Positions 13,841-23,935 are shown, counted from the stretch's first letter. The stretch: DNA of 64,000 nucleotides from Cyanobacteria bacterium J06626_4 (GCA_038523235.1 JBCBJQ010000001.1:32001-96000); one strand, 5' to 3'. A program made the numbers and translations. Notes: a model not told the origin generated them from the sequence alone.

Positions 13841-14488
13841 TCAGCGACCCAAATCGTGGAGCTGATGGATAGCCTCAGCGCAGCGCTGGGTGGTCTCTAG
13901 CAGCAAGGTTTTGTCGGTAGTCGGGGGTGGCGGCAGCGGCTCACCAATCCGCACTGTCAGGGGCACCGCCTGCGGCAGTTTTTGTCCCTTGATCAGAATG
14001 CGATGGGTGCCCCAGAGGCTTACTGGCAGCAGCGGCACTTGGGCCTTCGCGGCAATGAGTGCTGCCCCCAACTTAGGCTCAGGAATGCGCCCATCCACCG
14101 TGCGCGTGCCCTGCAAAAAAACGCCCACAGCCCACCCCTGATCGAGCTGTTTCAGCGCTTCGCGGATGGCACTGCGATCGGCACTGCCTCGTTTGACCGG
14201 GTAAGCCCCATAGAGCCGAATTGCCGGGGCTAATACGGGCACCTCAAACAGCTCTTCTTTCGCCATGTAGGAAACGGGGCGCTGGACACAGTTCGAGAGT
14301 AGCGGCGGGTCAAAGTCACTGGCGTGGTTGGCGACGACAATCATCGGCCCTTGGCGGGGCACATGCTTCGCTCCCACGACCCGCCCGCGAAAGTAGATGC
14401 GAAACAGGGGATTCACCACTGACCACTTAAACAGCCAATACAGCAACAGGCTTACCTTGGGTTCGCGATCTCGCTCAGCCATAGCCAT
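13841..14488 (-). CDS. plsC: 1-acyl-sn-glycerol-3-phosphate acyltransferase
   Basis: NHASDFD (HX4D), AKEELF, FLQGTR; directly downstream of fabD. Confidence 0.88.
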   Translation of the reverse strand: MAMAERDREPKVSLLLYWLFKWSVVNPLFRIYFRGRVVGAKHVPRQGPMIVVANHASDFDPPLLSNCVQRPVSYMAKEELFEVPVLAPAIRLYGAYPVKRGSADRSAIREALKQLDQGWAVGVFLQGTRTVDGRIPEPKLGAALIAAKAQVPLLPVSLWGTHRILIKGQKLPQAVPLTVRIGEPLPPPPTTDKTLLLETTQRCAEAIHQLHDLGR

Positions 14489-14500
14489 CCCCTTCCTCGC

Positions 14501-15385
14501 CTACAGCGCGTTCAACTGTTCGAGCGTGCCGACATTCGCGAGAGACAGGGTTTTGACCGTGCGCTTAATCAACCCGGTCAACACATTGCCTGGCCCCACT
14601 TCAATCACTCGCTCAATGCCCTGCTCCGCCAGCGTGAGCGAAATTTCGCGCCAGCGCACCGACCCCGTCATCTGCTGCGATAGCCGTTGCTTGAGAGCAG
14701 CCGGATCGGTGGCGGGAGCCGGATCGACGTTAGACAAGACCGGCACGCGGGTCGGCTGAAATTCGATCGCATCCAGTACCGCCTGAAATTCATTGGCCGC
14801 TGGTGCCATCAGCGGTGAATGAAACGCCCCACTGACGTTGAGTTTGACAGCTCGCTTGCTTTTGACAGCGGCTAGCACCGTATCAACCGCTTCTGGAGTG
14901 CCCGAAATCACCACCTGGCCCGGATTATTGTCATTCGCCAAAACTACGCCTGCCGTCTCGGCAATTTGGGCTTCGAGAGCGGTTCGATCAAAGCCCATCA
15001 GCGCTGCCATGATGCCTTCTGAGGTTTGCGCCATCAGCTCAGCGCGCAATTTCACCAGGCGCAGACCGACGCCAAAGTCAAACGCGCCCGCTGCATACAG
15101 TGCCCCATACTCGCCTAAGCTGTGACCGGCCACTAAATCTGGTTCCTGCCCTTGCGATCGCAGCTGGTCGACCAGCAGGCTTTCCAGCACGTATAAACAG
15201 GGCTGGGTGTAGCGCGTTTCCGAGACTTTGTTATCTTCACTTTGGCAAACGTCACTGACGGACCAACCCAAGATGTCATTGGCGATCGCTAACTGCGTTT
15301 GCACTGTTGATAATGCCAGCACATCTGCTCCCATGCCCACCGACTGCGATCCTTGACCAGGAAATACCCAGGCTGTTTTCACCAT
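14501..15385 (-). CDS. fabD: ACP S-malonyltransferase
   Basis: FPGQGSQ, GHSLGEY, VSGAFHS, EVGPG. Confidence 0.95.
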   Translation of the reverse strand: MVKTAWVFPGQGSQSVGMGADVLALSTVQTQLAIANDILGWSVSDVCQSEDNKVSETRYTQPCLYVLESLLVDQLRSQGQEPDLVAGHSLGEYGALYAAGAFDFGVGLRLVKLRAELMAQTSEGIMAALMGFDRTALEAQIAETAGVVLANDNNPGQVVISGTPEAVDTVLAAVKSKRAVKLNVSGAFHSPLMAPAANEFQAVLDAIEFQPTRVPVLSNVDPAPATDPAALKQRLSQQMTGSVRWREISLTLAEQGIERVIEVGPGNVLTGLIKRTVKTLSLANVGTLEQLNAL

Positions 15386-15810
15386 GATTGTCTTCGTTGC
15401 TTAACACGTTCATTCAAAGTCCAGTGTTCACTGTCTCAACAAATGGAACTTTCGCAAAGTTAAATTTTGCGTCACTGTCCGACCAACTCGGTGGGTGCTC
15501 TCCAGCAGCATCTCATTTATGCCAGTTCTACGAATTACAGCTACACATCCAAGTCAGCTTTCTCCCAGTCGGAGACACTGCGTGTTGGCCTGGCCTGCCC
15601 GTCGGGCTGACGACTCTGCTCAGCCGACGTTCCTTGAGCGGAGTCGAAAGGAAGATCTGTCGCCTAGTTTCAGAGAATTGGTATTGCTGATGGGTGTTAT
15701 GGCAAAATTTGGCAGGCAGAATTTGGAATTGAGAGGCGGTCGAAGCGTATGGCAGCGATCCACAATGACTTGATCAAGCTGCGGTTGACGATGCGCCGAC
15801 CCTCTGGTCG

Positions 15811-16326
15811 TTATGGTGAGGCCACGCTCTCCATGCTGGCCGATCGCGCCATAAACTCCGATCGCAGCATCGACATCAGCCACATGGAGGCAAAGCCCTC
15901 ATTCGTTTTGACGGCGTCACGCAGCAGTCCTTCTTCCACCAAGCCCAGACTGCGATAGAGGTATCTGGCCCGCTCATTGTGGGCCATCACGTCGAGCCAT
16001 ACTCGGTGCGCGGCGAACTCTAAAAACGCCTTGCTTAACACCTGCTCTAGCGTGGCACGACCATACCCTTTGCCCTTTTCAGTGATGACGATACGCTTGA
16101 TCAGCACGCTCTGATCAGGATCTTGCACGCCCAACATAATGACGTAGCCTGCCCGCCTCTGAGTGGCTTCATCCCAGACAATCCAGTGGCGCTCGTCTGC
16201 CTGTTCGCAGGCTTGCCAATGGCGATCGCGCGACCATTGCCGCACGTATTGAGCGTTTTCGTCAGTTTGTTCTGCTGCCAATACAAAATCTAGATCGGCG
16301 GCTGTAGTCGGTTGTAATGTAATCAA
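15811..16326 (-). CDS. GNAT family N-acetyltransferase (RimL-like)
   Basis: KGKGYG, AHRVWLDV..N.RA..LY.SLG.VEEG.LR. Confidence 0.85.
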   Translation of the reverse strand: MITLQPTTAADLDFVLAAEQTDENAQYVRQWSRDRHWQACEQADERHWIVWDEATQRRAGYVIMLGVQDPDQSVLIKRIVITEKGKGYGRATLEQVLSKAFLEFAAHRVWLDVMAHNERARYLYRSLGLVEEGLLRDAVKTNEGFASMWLMSMLRSEFMARSASMESVASP

Positions 16327-16633
16327 CGGGTGAGCATCGCCAGCGACAATTGAGAACTGTAGAGTAGCGTATTCCCCCGCTGCAAAGTGTCATTAACGTG
16401 CATCCGCCCCCAACGCTGGCCGACATCACCCGCTGGCCGTCAGCAGTAACGTTGCGTATCAGTGACGGCAGATGCCGTCAGCTCTGGGATTATCCTGAGT
16501 GAAGGAGAAGTGTTTTCTGCATAGCATCGAGCCTGATACCCCATTCCATTCAGACGCGTCTGCAACGATACATCGCCTCGCTGTTAACAGACCCGAATGA
16601 TTGAGATTCCTCCCTTCATCCCCAGGAGTTTCC

Positions 16634-17176
16634 ATGCTTTCCCAAACCATGAGCGATCGCCTCAACAAGCAAATCAATTTAGAGATGTATTCCTCCCATC
16701 TCTATCTGCAGATGAGTTCTTGGTGTGCCTATCAATCGTTAGACGGCTGTGAAGAGTTTTTGCGTCTGCACGCCCAAGAAGAAGCCGGACATATGCACCG
16801 CCTGCTGACCTACATGCACGAAACCGGCGGCTTTGTCGTCCTCGGCGGCATGGAGGCTCCTCCGACCCAGTTTGAGTCGCTGAAAGATCTGTTTGAAAAA
16901 ATCTACGAACACGAAACCCATGTCACTCGGGGCATCAACGAGCTGGTGCATTACGCCAATACCGAGCCCGATTACTCGACCCTGCAATTTTTGCAGTGGT
17001 ATGTAGCCGAACAGCATCAAGAGGAATTTCTGTTCAAAGGCATTCTCGACAAGATCAAGCTCATCGGCACCAGCGGCACCGGACTATTTTTGATTGATCA
17101 GGAAATGGCTAAGCTGGCAGCGTCTCCCGCTAAAGAGCAAACCGCCCTCACCTCTGCGACCCCAACGGCAAACTAA
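16634..17176 (+). CDS. ftnA: Non-heme ferritin
   Basis: QINLEMYSS.LY, QEE..H, E.E..VT..IN, FLQWYVAEQ..EE ferroxidase motifs; AGGAG upstream of ATG 16634. Confidence 0.92.
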   Translation: MLSQTMSDRLNKQINLEMYSSHLYLQMSSWCAYQSLDGCEEFLRLHAQEEAGHMHRLLTYMHETGGFVVLGGMEAPPTQFESLKDLFEKIYEHETHVTRGINELVHYANTEPDYSTLQFLQWYVAEQHQEEFLFKGILDKIKLIGTSGTGLFLIDQEMAKLAASPAKEQTALTSATPTAN

Positions 17177-17182
17177 ACCGGG

Positions 17183-17382
17183 GCGAATGCGGAATGCGGA
17201 ATTTCAGCGTCTTGGGGATCTGCGCTGGAGTCATTCCCTCAGAACAGACAGTTTTTGAACGGGTTTGGCAGTGCTAAACGCCTGCGATCGGGGACGCGAT
17301 TTTTGGGCAACTCACTAAACTCAAAGCTCCTTAGAGCTCGGCCCTGCTCGCAGGTACTCCGAATTCCGCATTCCGAACGCTC
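17183..17382. repeat. Inverted heptamer (GGAATGC-type) repeats bracketing an intergenic segment
   Basis: CGGAATGCGGAATT (17190-17203) is the exact reverse complement of AATTCCGCATTCCG (17362-17375). Confidence 0.7.
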
Positions 17383-18380
17383 TATCCCTTCTTGTCATCC
17401 AGCTCAATCGTCGCGACCACCTGCCCATGATCCGACTTCCAGCGCTCGATCTGTTCCTCTAGCAGCGTCTGGTCAAACAGGTGATCGTTAAATACCGAGA
17501 CATAGGTGACTTGACCCAGGCGATCGCGATTGCGGGGGGCAAACTCTTCGCTCACCATAATGTGGTCAAGGCTGTCGTAGTGGCCATTGTGAATGTGGGT
17601 GTAATAGTAGTCGCCATAGCCTAGCCGCGCCTGAATGTCTTTGACCTGATAAAGCAGCGTGTCCCACACGGGCACCTTTTTGCGAAAGGGCCAGCTTTCC
17701 CACGGGGGTTGCCCGGTGACTAACTGAGTCGTCACTGAGGTGTGATTGTCATTGACATCGCCCATCACAATCACGGGATAGCGGCGATCGCGCAGCCCTT
17801 CCATCAAAATAAAGCGCAGCGCTGTGGCCTCCGCTGCGCGACGAATCAGCGATCGGGCCTGCCCTTTCGCCAACTCCACCGGATCGCTGCGATCAACATG
17901 ACGTCCCATCATCGGTCGTTTGGACTTGAGGTGTACCACCACCACCGTGCAGTGCTGACCGTTGGGCAATTCTAGCTCGACGGCTAAAACGGGATGAGAA
18001 AACTTGGTGAGCGGAATGGGGGCTTTATCCGCCTCTAAGCTGAGCCAGCTCTCTTTCGGAAAGTCGGTGTAAATGCGATGACTCACCACCGGAAACCGGG
18101 TTGCTAAGGCTAGCCCCGGCCCGCCGCCAGCGCCCTTCGCCATCGTGATCGTGTGCCCCTGAGCCGTTTCAGTCTTCGCCAATAAAGCCTGCAGGGCCTC
18201 GCGCTGAAACACCTCTTGAAATCCGACGATGTCGCTTTTCATGCGATCGAGCTGGCGGGCTGACCAGGTCAGTTTTTGCTCGTACTCAGCGGTTGAATAC
18301 TGATCGCCGTAAAACTCAAAGCCTGGTAGCGCTAGATTGTTGAGGTTAAAGGTGCCAACGCGAAACTGCTTTGGGGTCAC
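17382..18380 (-). CDS. Endonuclease/exonuclease/phosphatase (EEP) family protein
   Basis: TFNLNN, FQEV, HLKSK, MGDVND, LDHIMVS, SDHG. Confidence 0.88.
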   Translation of the reverse strand: MTPKQFRVGTFNLNNLALPGFEFYGDQYSTAEYEQKLTWSARQLDRMKSDIVGFQEVFQREALQALLAKTETAQGHTITMAKGAGGGPGLALATRFPVVSHRIYTDFPKESWLSLEADKAPIPLTKFSHPVLAVELELPNGQHCTVVVVHLKSKRPMMGRHVDRSDPVELAKGQARSLIRRAAEATALRFILMEGLRDRRYPVIVMGDVNDNHTSVTTQLVTGQPPWESWPFRKKVPVWDTLLYQVKDIQARLGYGDYYYTHIHNGHYDSLDHIMVSEEFAPRNRDRLGQVTYVSVFNDHLFDQTLLEEQIERWKSDHGQVVATIELDDKKG

Positions 18381-18512
18381 AACAAAACTGACGCCGAGCG
18401 TCTGTGGGGAAAGTCAGCACCACCTTACGCTAAACCTCGACTTCAGGCTAGATTCGCTGTTGAGTCATGAGGCGACCAATACTCGATGTGGACGCAGATG
18501 TTGCGATAGGGT

Positions 18513-19229
18513 TTACACTGCCTGGCGCAGCCAGATGGGCTCGACCTTAATGGGGAACTGCTGATGGGTGGGCATGGTTTGGCGGAAAGACTGGTAATAG
18601 TCTTTGTGCGCTTCGGTAAACAGGGTGCGCAGCTCAGCGATCGGATTGGCGTGGTTATCGACGCGCAGATCGAGATAAGGATAAATATCATTTTGCACTA
18701 CATAGAGTGCGGCTGACTGCCGCCCACGTTTGTCACCGCCGGCGGCTTCCCCCGCTTCTAAGGCATTGAGCAAGCGATCGCTCAAGCTCAACGAGTGTCC
18801 CTGGCGAAAGGTGTCGGCCATGGCGTGTAGCACCGGTTCACCGGTTAGCATATTGCCCGCCACCGAAAAGTGATTGAACGTCAGGTGTCCGGCCCAGTCG
18901 ATGCAGTCTCGCCCCGTCCAGGCAGTGGCATTACCCAGATGATCGACTAGATGCAGCTGTCGCTGGTCGCGAGCTTCATCGTTTTGCAGCAGCAGATCAA
19001 GGACATCGCCCACAGGAATGTGATGTGCATTCGCCTGAGCGGATTGGCGGCTCTCTAACAGCCTTAAGCCCCAGATGCCTAAAAGGGGATTCGTTTCGGC
19101 TTGGGTGGCGATCGCGCCCACTCCGGCTTTCGCATGGGGCACCAGCGCTCCTACCGCCAGGTGTTTAGTCGCGACGGCCACCCCCGTCATGCCAGTCTTA
19201 GGATCCCAAGCCACAATCGAAAACGTCAT
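18513..19229 (-). CDS. DUF1028 domain protein (Ntn-hydrolase-like)
   Basis: Starts MTFSIVA; AIATQA, RQ, SVAGNML, AGGDKRGRQSAA, DLRVD.H..P. Confidence 0.88.
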   Translation of the reverse strand: MTFSIVAWDPKTGMTGVAVATKHLAVGALVPHAKAGVGAIATQAETNPLLGIWGLRLLESRQSAQANAHHIPVGDVLDLLLQNDEARDQRQLHLVDHLGNATAWTGRDCIDWAGHLTFNHFSVAGNMLTGEPVLHAMADTFRQGHSLSLSDRLLNALEAGEAAGGDKRGRQSAALYVVQNDIYPYLDLRVDNHANPIAELRTLFTEAHKDYYQSFRQTMPTHQQFPIKVEPIWLRQAV

Positions 19230-19616
19230 AGCAGCCGCCCCCTTCCAAATGCATGAACCTGTCAGTTCATGATCAAAGGCAGGGACGAAAAGATCTGTTG
19301 TCAATCTTACGCTTTTGTTACGAATCGTACCGATGAGCCTGATGGCATTGCCCCGGCGATCGCCGCTCCAGAGCGAACCTTTCTACCGCAGCCCGAGTCG
19401 GGGGTGGAGATTACACCAGATGGCTGTCTAAAGTCAGGCAAGAGGCCTGATCAAACAAGCTTTAGTAGTGAATGCGATCGTGACTTTTTCAACTGGGCTG
19501 ATGGCTCTCAATTCATCCGCCGAGTCAAGAAGTGATGACAGAACGTCTATCTTGCTGCAGATTTATTGAAGAAGTCGCAGAAAGTGCGCGATCGCCGTAC
19601 TAGGATGCAGCCCTAA

Positions 19617-19758
19617 GAGGATGTTTTAAAGGGGTTGCTGGCACAGCAAAGGCTAGCCAAATCCCTTGAGAAAGAGTTGCAAAGCCCGAGTCACCGTAGC
19701 TACTTCTGGGTAGTTTTAGGCAGCCAAACATTGGGTCGAGAACGTTTCAAACATCCTC
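19617..19758. mobile_element. 142-bp MITE (non-autonomous, IS5-family-like ends)
   Basis: Ends GAGGATGTTTTAAA and TTTCAAACATCCTC form a 13/14 inverted match, flanked by TAA on both sides (19614-16, 19759-61). No transposase inside. Confidence 0.75.
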
Positions 19759-19789
19759 TAAGCGCAATCAGCCTGGGAGCGAGAGCAGC

Positions 19790-21826
19790 ATGTGTGGAAT
19801 TGGCGGCGTCTTTTATGCTGACCCCAATCGACCCGTTGAGCCAGAGATTTTAGTGGGCATGGCGGCAATTCAGTACCATCGTGGCCCGGATGGTTTTGGC
19901 TATCAGGTGCTGCCAGATCGGGGGGTGGGGTTTGCCCACGCGCGGCTTTCCGTCATTGATCTTGATCCGGAGCGGGGTCGCCAGCCGTTTCTTTCCGCCG
20001 ATGGTCAGTATTTGATCGCCCACAATGGCGAATTTTATGATTACAAGCGGCTGCGGGCTGACCTGACCTCGCGCGGCTACCGGTTTCACAGCAAGAGCGA
20101 TACGGAGCTGGTTATTCACCTCACCGATCGCCTGGGCTTGGCGGGGGCTTTACCCTGTTTGCGTGGAGAATTTGCCTTTGCCCTATATGAACGGCAGCAA
20201 GACCGACTGACGCTGGTGCGCGATCGCTTTGGTGTCAAGCCGCTGTATTGGGCCAAAATCGACGGCGGCCTCGTCTTTGGTTCGGAGATCAAGGTATTGC
20301 TGGCCCACCCAGCGTTGCAGGCGCGATTTTCGTCTGAGGGGCTCTATCACCAGCTAATGCAAACCATGGTGCCCGGCACCACCTGCTTTGAGGGCATTTA
20401 TGCGGTCGCGCCCGGCCAAACTGTCACAGTTCACCGGCAAGCGGGTGAGCTACTGATTCGCACCGATACCTATTGGGATTTGAACTTTCCGCTGTCTCAT
20501 GAACGTGATAGTCATCGCAGCGAAACCGATTACATCGAAGAGTTTCGGGCGCATTTTGTCGAAGCGATTCAGCTGCGTTTAGAAGCAGACGTGCCGGTGG
20601 CTTGCTACCTCTCGGGGGGCATTGATTCCTGCTCGATTCTGGGCGTGGCGGCGGCGTGCCAGCAATCACCCATCAAGGCGTTCACCATCGGGTTTGATGA
20701 CAGCGACTACGACGAAACGGCGATCGCCCGCGAGATGGCCGCTGCTGTTAAGGCCGATCAGGATATTTTGGCGGTTGATGGTCATCAGCTCTATGACCAC
20801 TTTGCGCGAACGATTTGGCATACGGAACGCAGCATTTACAACACGTTTACCGTGGCAAAGATGCTGATGAGTCAGCACGTACGCGAGGCGGGCTACAAGG
20901 TCGTCATTACCGGCGAAGGCTCCGACGAACTCTTTGCCGGTTATCCGCAGCTGCGGCTGGACATGATTTTGCACGGTATGGCTGACGCGCCCCCCGCTGA
21001 GCGAGCCGAACTAGAAGCCTGGCTGGCGGAAAGCAATCGCTTATTCAAAGGCAATCTGCTGGCCGAAAACCGCCTCGAAGATGCCGCTCTAAACGAGGTG
21101 GTGGGATTTACGCCAAGTTCACTGCAGTCCTGGCTGTCCTCAGCCGCTCACGTACCAGGTTTGCTGAGTCCGCACCATCGTCACCGCTTAGATGGCTATG
21201 CTCCGGGACAGGCGATCGCCGCCGCGTTAGATGGCGAGCAGCTGAGTGATCGCCATCCCCTCGATAAGGCGCAATACGTGTGGATCAAAACTCAGTTTGA
21301 ATCGCAGGTGTTGGGGTGGGCCGGCGATCGCGTAGACATGGCCAATTCGCTAGAGGCGCGTCCGGCGTTTCTTGACCATCCGCTCGTGGAATTTGCCGTG
21401 ACGCTGCCGCCTGCCATGCGCCTGCGCGATCGCCAGGATAAATACATTCTGCGGGAAACGATGAAGCCACTGCTGCCAGAGACCCTTTATAAGCGACAAA
21501 AGTTCGCCTTTATGGCTCCCCCTTCCCACACTGACCCAGTCAAAGAACAAGCGATGCGATCGTTAGCCAGCACTTATTTGGCGAAGAATCGGGTGCAAGC
21601 GGCGGGGTTGCTTGATCCGGGGGCCGTGCAGGCAATTCTCGACCGCCATGGTGACACCGCTACCCCCGTTGCTACACGGGTGCAGCTCGACGCGGTGATT
21701 AATCATCTGCTGAGTGTGCAGATTTTGCACAGCCATTTCGTCGCCAACAATGTCGCCCAACAAGCCCAGGCCGATGCCCGGCGCTATGGCTGGTCAGTCC
21801 AAGCGCCCGCTACTGCTAATGCTTGA
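19790..21826 (+). CDS. asnB: Asparagine synthase (glutamine-hydrolysing)-like amidotransferase
   Basis: MCGIGG (Cys nucleophile), HRGPD, HNGEFY, RDRFGVKPLY, SGGIDS, TGEGSDE, SLEARPAFLD. Confidence 0.88.
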   Translation: MCGIGGVFYADPNRPVEPEILVGMAAIQYHRGPDGFGYQVLPDRGVGFAHARLSVIDLDPERGRQPFLSADGQYLIAHNGEFYDYKRLRADLTSRGYRFHSKSDTELVIHLTDRLGLAGALPCLRGEFAFALYERQQDRLTLVRDRFGVKPLYWAKIDGGLVFGSEIKVLLAHPALQARFSSEGLYHQLMQTMVPGTTCFEGIYAVAPGQTVTVHRQAGELLIRTDTYWDLNFPLSHERDSHRSETDYIEEFRAHFVEAIQLRLEADVPVACYLSGGIDSCSILGVAAACQQSPIKAFTIGFDDSDYDETAIAREMAAAVKADQDILAVDGHQLYDHFARTIWHTERSIYNTFTVAKMLMSQHVREAGYKVVITGEGSDELFAGYPQLRLDMILHGMADAPPAERAELEAWLAESNRLFKGNLLAENRLEDAALNEVVGFTPSSLQSWLSSAAHVPGLLSPHHRHRLDGYAPGQAIAAALDGEQLSDRHPLDKAQYVWIKTQFESQVLGWAGDRVDMANSLEARPAFLDHPLVEFAVTLPPAMRLRDRQDKYILRETMKPLLPETLYKRQKFAFMAPPSHTDPVKEQAMRSLASTYLAKNRVQAAGLLDPGAVQAILDRHGDTATPVATRVQLDAVINHLLSVQILHSHFVANNVAQQAQADARRYGWSVQAPATANA

Positions 21827-21959
21827 GGCCACGTTGATCCGGCGAACAGGACTAATGCAGTTGCCTCTACGGTTGATTGCTGAGTCCCCAAGTGTCAACA
21901 ACCTTCCCAGAACCCAGACACACGCCCAGAACCCAGGCACATGCTTATGGATAAAGTGC

Positions 21960-22766
21960 CTAAATTGGCGTGGCGATCGGCGCGAGCTGCAGCTGGTAGC
22001 GATAGAGTGCCACCGGCTGATTGCGCGCTTTGAAATAGTCAGGATCTTGGGGTGAGAGGTAAATTGCCGTGACCTGATCGGCTTCCACCATACCCTCATC
22101 TGTCTGTACTTGATGATAGGCGGTCGTGGTTTCGACCTCATTCACATAGGGCTGCGCGGTGCCACGAAATACCTGCTGAAATACCTCGGTAGTCACAAAG
22201 GTATCAGCTTGGGGTGACTCCCAGGCGCGGCTGGTAACGGTCGATTCCAACTGACGATCGCCTCGCAATAGAGTCAACTGCCGATTCGGATTTTGGGGAT
22301 CAACTTTGACCGCTTTGACCGCCTGTTCGCCCAAATACGCCTGGGCCAAACTTAGGCCATTAAAGGCGCGATCGGCCACAATTTTCTCTTGGGCTAGGCG
22401 CGGCTGCAGTAAAAAACTTTTGGTGTAGGAGGTCATGACGGGCTCAAACCGCACCTCACAGGTCACCGGCTCATTCAGCAGTTGTTGGTTGCCGGCAAAG
22501 CCCGGCGTCTCAATCTGCGGTGCTAACGGAGCCGCCAAATCCACCAAGGTACTGGTCAGTTCCCAGGTGCCGGCCATCCAATCGGGGTACACCAGGTCAC
22601 CCTGAGCCGGTTGGGTCGGTGGCTTGTCTGTCCAATCCGGAAAGGTCGCCAAGCGATCGCTCAGAGCCCCTGCCCGCGCTGCACCACTGCACAAGAGCCA
22701 AACCAACGCTAACAGCGTTAACCAAACCAGATTGCGGCGAGTGTGTTTGACAAATCGTCGAGTCAT
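21960..22766 (-). CDS. Secreted conserved protein (DUF6816-like)
   Basis: Signal peptide followed by GDLVYPDWMAGTW and ADRAFN; family name recalled, start codon uncertain. Confidence 0.7.
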   Translation of the reverse strand: MTRRFVKHTRRNLVWLTLLALVWLLCSGAARAGALSDRLATFPDWTDKPPTQPAQGDLVYPDWMAGTWELTSTLVDLAAPLAPQIETPGFAGNQQLLNEPVTCEVRFEPVMTSYTKSFLLQPRLAQEKIVADRAFNGLSLAQAYLGEQAVKAVKVDPQNPNRQLTLLRGDRQLESTVTSRAWESPQADTFVTTEVFQQVFRGTAQPYVNEVETTTAYHQVQTDEGMVEADQVTAIYLSPQDPDYFKARNQPVALYRYQLQLAPIATPI

Positions 22767-23027
22767 AGCAGCCTGAGCGCGGTACACGGCCAAGAATATT
22801 GACAAACTTAGGGCATTCGCTGCGAAACAGCAAACGCCTGTAACATTCAGCGGTGACTCATCATTTCACGAATTGGCTAATCAAGATTTTGCATCGCCAT
22901 TAGCAGCATGGATGCAACGCTCCCCTTCTACGGGCAAAGTAGCCAATTTCTTGCAATCTATATTGAGGAATAGGCTGCCACAAATTTCCCCGTTGCCCAT
23001 TCCCTCTGCTGGCCTCAATAGGGGACT

Positions 23028-23726
23028 TTATTTGCGCAGGATTTCCTTACTCATAACCATGCCTGATGCGCTCATGGTGTAAACAATGGGGACACCGGTA
23101 TCGAGTTCCAACCCCGGCACCTGTTCCGGTTCTAGATTATCCAACTCCATGATGATGGCCCGTAGCGAGTTGCCATGAGCAGCCACCAGTACATCATCCC
23201 CTTGCGTGACGTGAGCCAAAATCCGTCCCTTGAAAAAGGGCAAGACCCGCTTTTGCGTATCTTCTAGACTTTCGCCACCAGGCGGACGGGTAGAAAACGA
23301 TCGCCGCCATTCCAATACTTGGTCTTCACCAAATTTTTCGGCAGTTTCGGCTTTATTGAGTCCCTGCAGGTCACCATAAAAACGCTCGTCGAGCGCTGCT
23401 GAGGTAAAGATCGGCAGTTCATCGGCTGGATTGCCCTGGTAATGATCCCAGCCATGCCAGTCTGGATCATCATCGTCATGCTTGAGGATGGGAATCCGAC
23501 CGCCACAAATCTCGTCACATTCGGTGAGGCAAACGATCGCCGTCTCAATCGCTCGCATGAGCTTGCTGGTAAAACAGACATTGACGCGATGCTCTCGCAG
23601 CTTGCAAGAAGCGATGGTTGCTTCTGCGCGACCTCGTTCATTCAGCGGCACATCAACCCAACCAGTAAATTTATTTGCAGCGTTCCAAAGGCTTTGTCCG
23701 TGGCGAATCAAAATCAGCTCTGACAT
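23028..23726 (-). CDS. gpmA: 2,3-bisphosphoglycerate-dependent phosphoglycerate mutase
   Basis: RHGQSLWN, FTGWVDVPL, ERFYGDLQGLNK, AHGNSLR. Confidence 0.9.
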   Translation of the reverse strand: MSELILIRHGQSLWNAANKFTGWVDVPLNERGRAEATIASCKLREHRVNVCFTSKLMRAIETAIVCLTECDEICGGRIPILKHDDDDPDWHGWDHYQGNPADELPIFTSAALDERFYGDLQGLNKAETAEKFGEDQVLEWRRSFSTRPPGGESLEDTQKRVLPFFKGRILAHVTQGDDVLVAAHGNSLRAIIMELDNLEPEQVPGLELDTGVPIVYTMSASGMVMSKEILRK

Positions 23727-23935
23727 CACGCTTGCCTGGCCAGTACCTTTAAACTCTAAAGGAATTTTATGCCGTCGAAGTTAACCAGGGTTTAACCCTT
23801 TAGTTAGACGGTTCAGGCACTTAACGGCGGCGCTCCAAATTAGTGCTATTGCTATCGCTCAGGCTGGTCATGATGCCGCTCTGGCCGGTGAGGTTTGTAC
23901 CCTGAGGTCGTGATTTACAGGCCGCACCCTATGGT

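Noticed and set aside
19317..19330. NtcA-like GTA-N8-AAC site upstream of DUF1028 (minus strand)
   Set aside because: One mismatch and no -10 box at the activating distance; chance cannot be excluded.
19635..19853. 72-aa ORF upstream of asnB as a possible lasso/RiPP precursor
   Set aside because: Starts inside the MITE, overlaps asnB out of frame, and no B-protein or peptidase genes are nearby.
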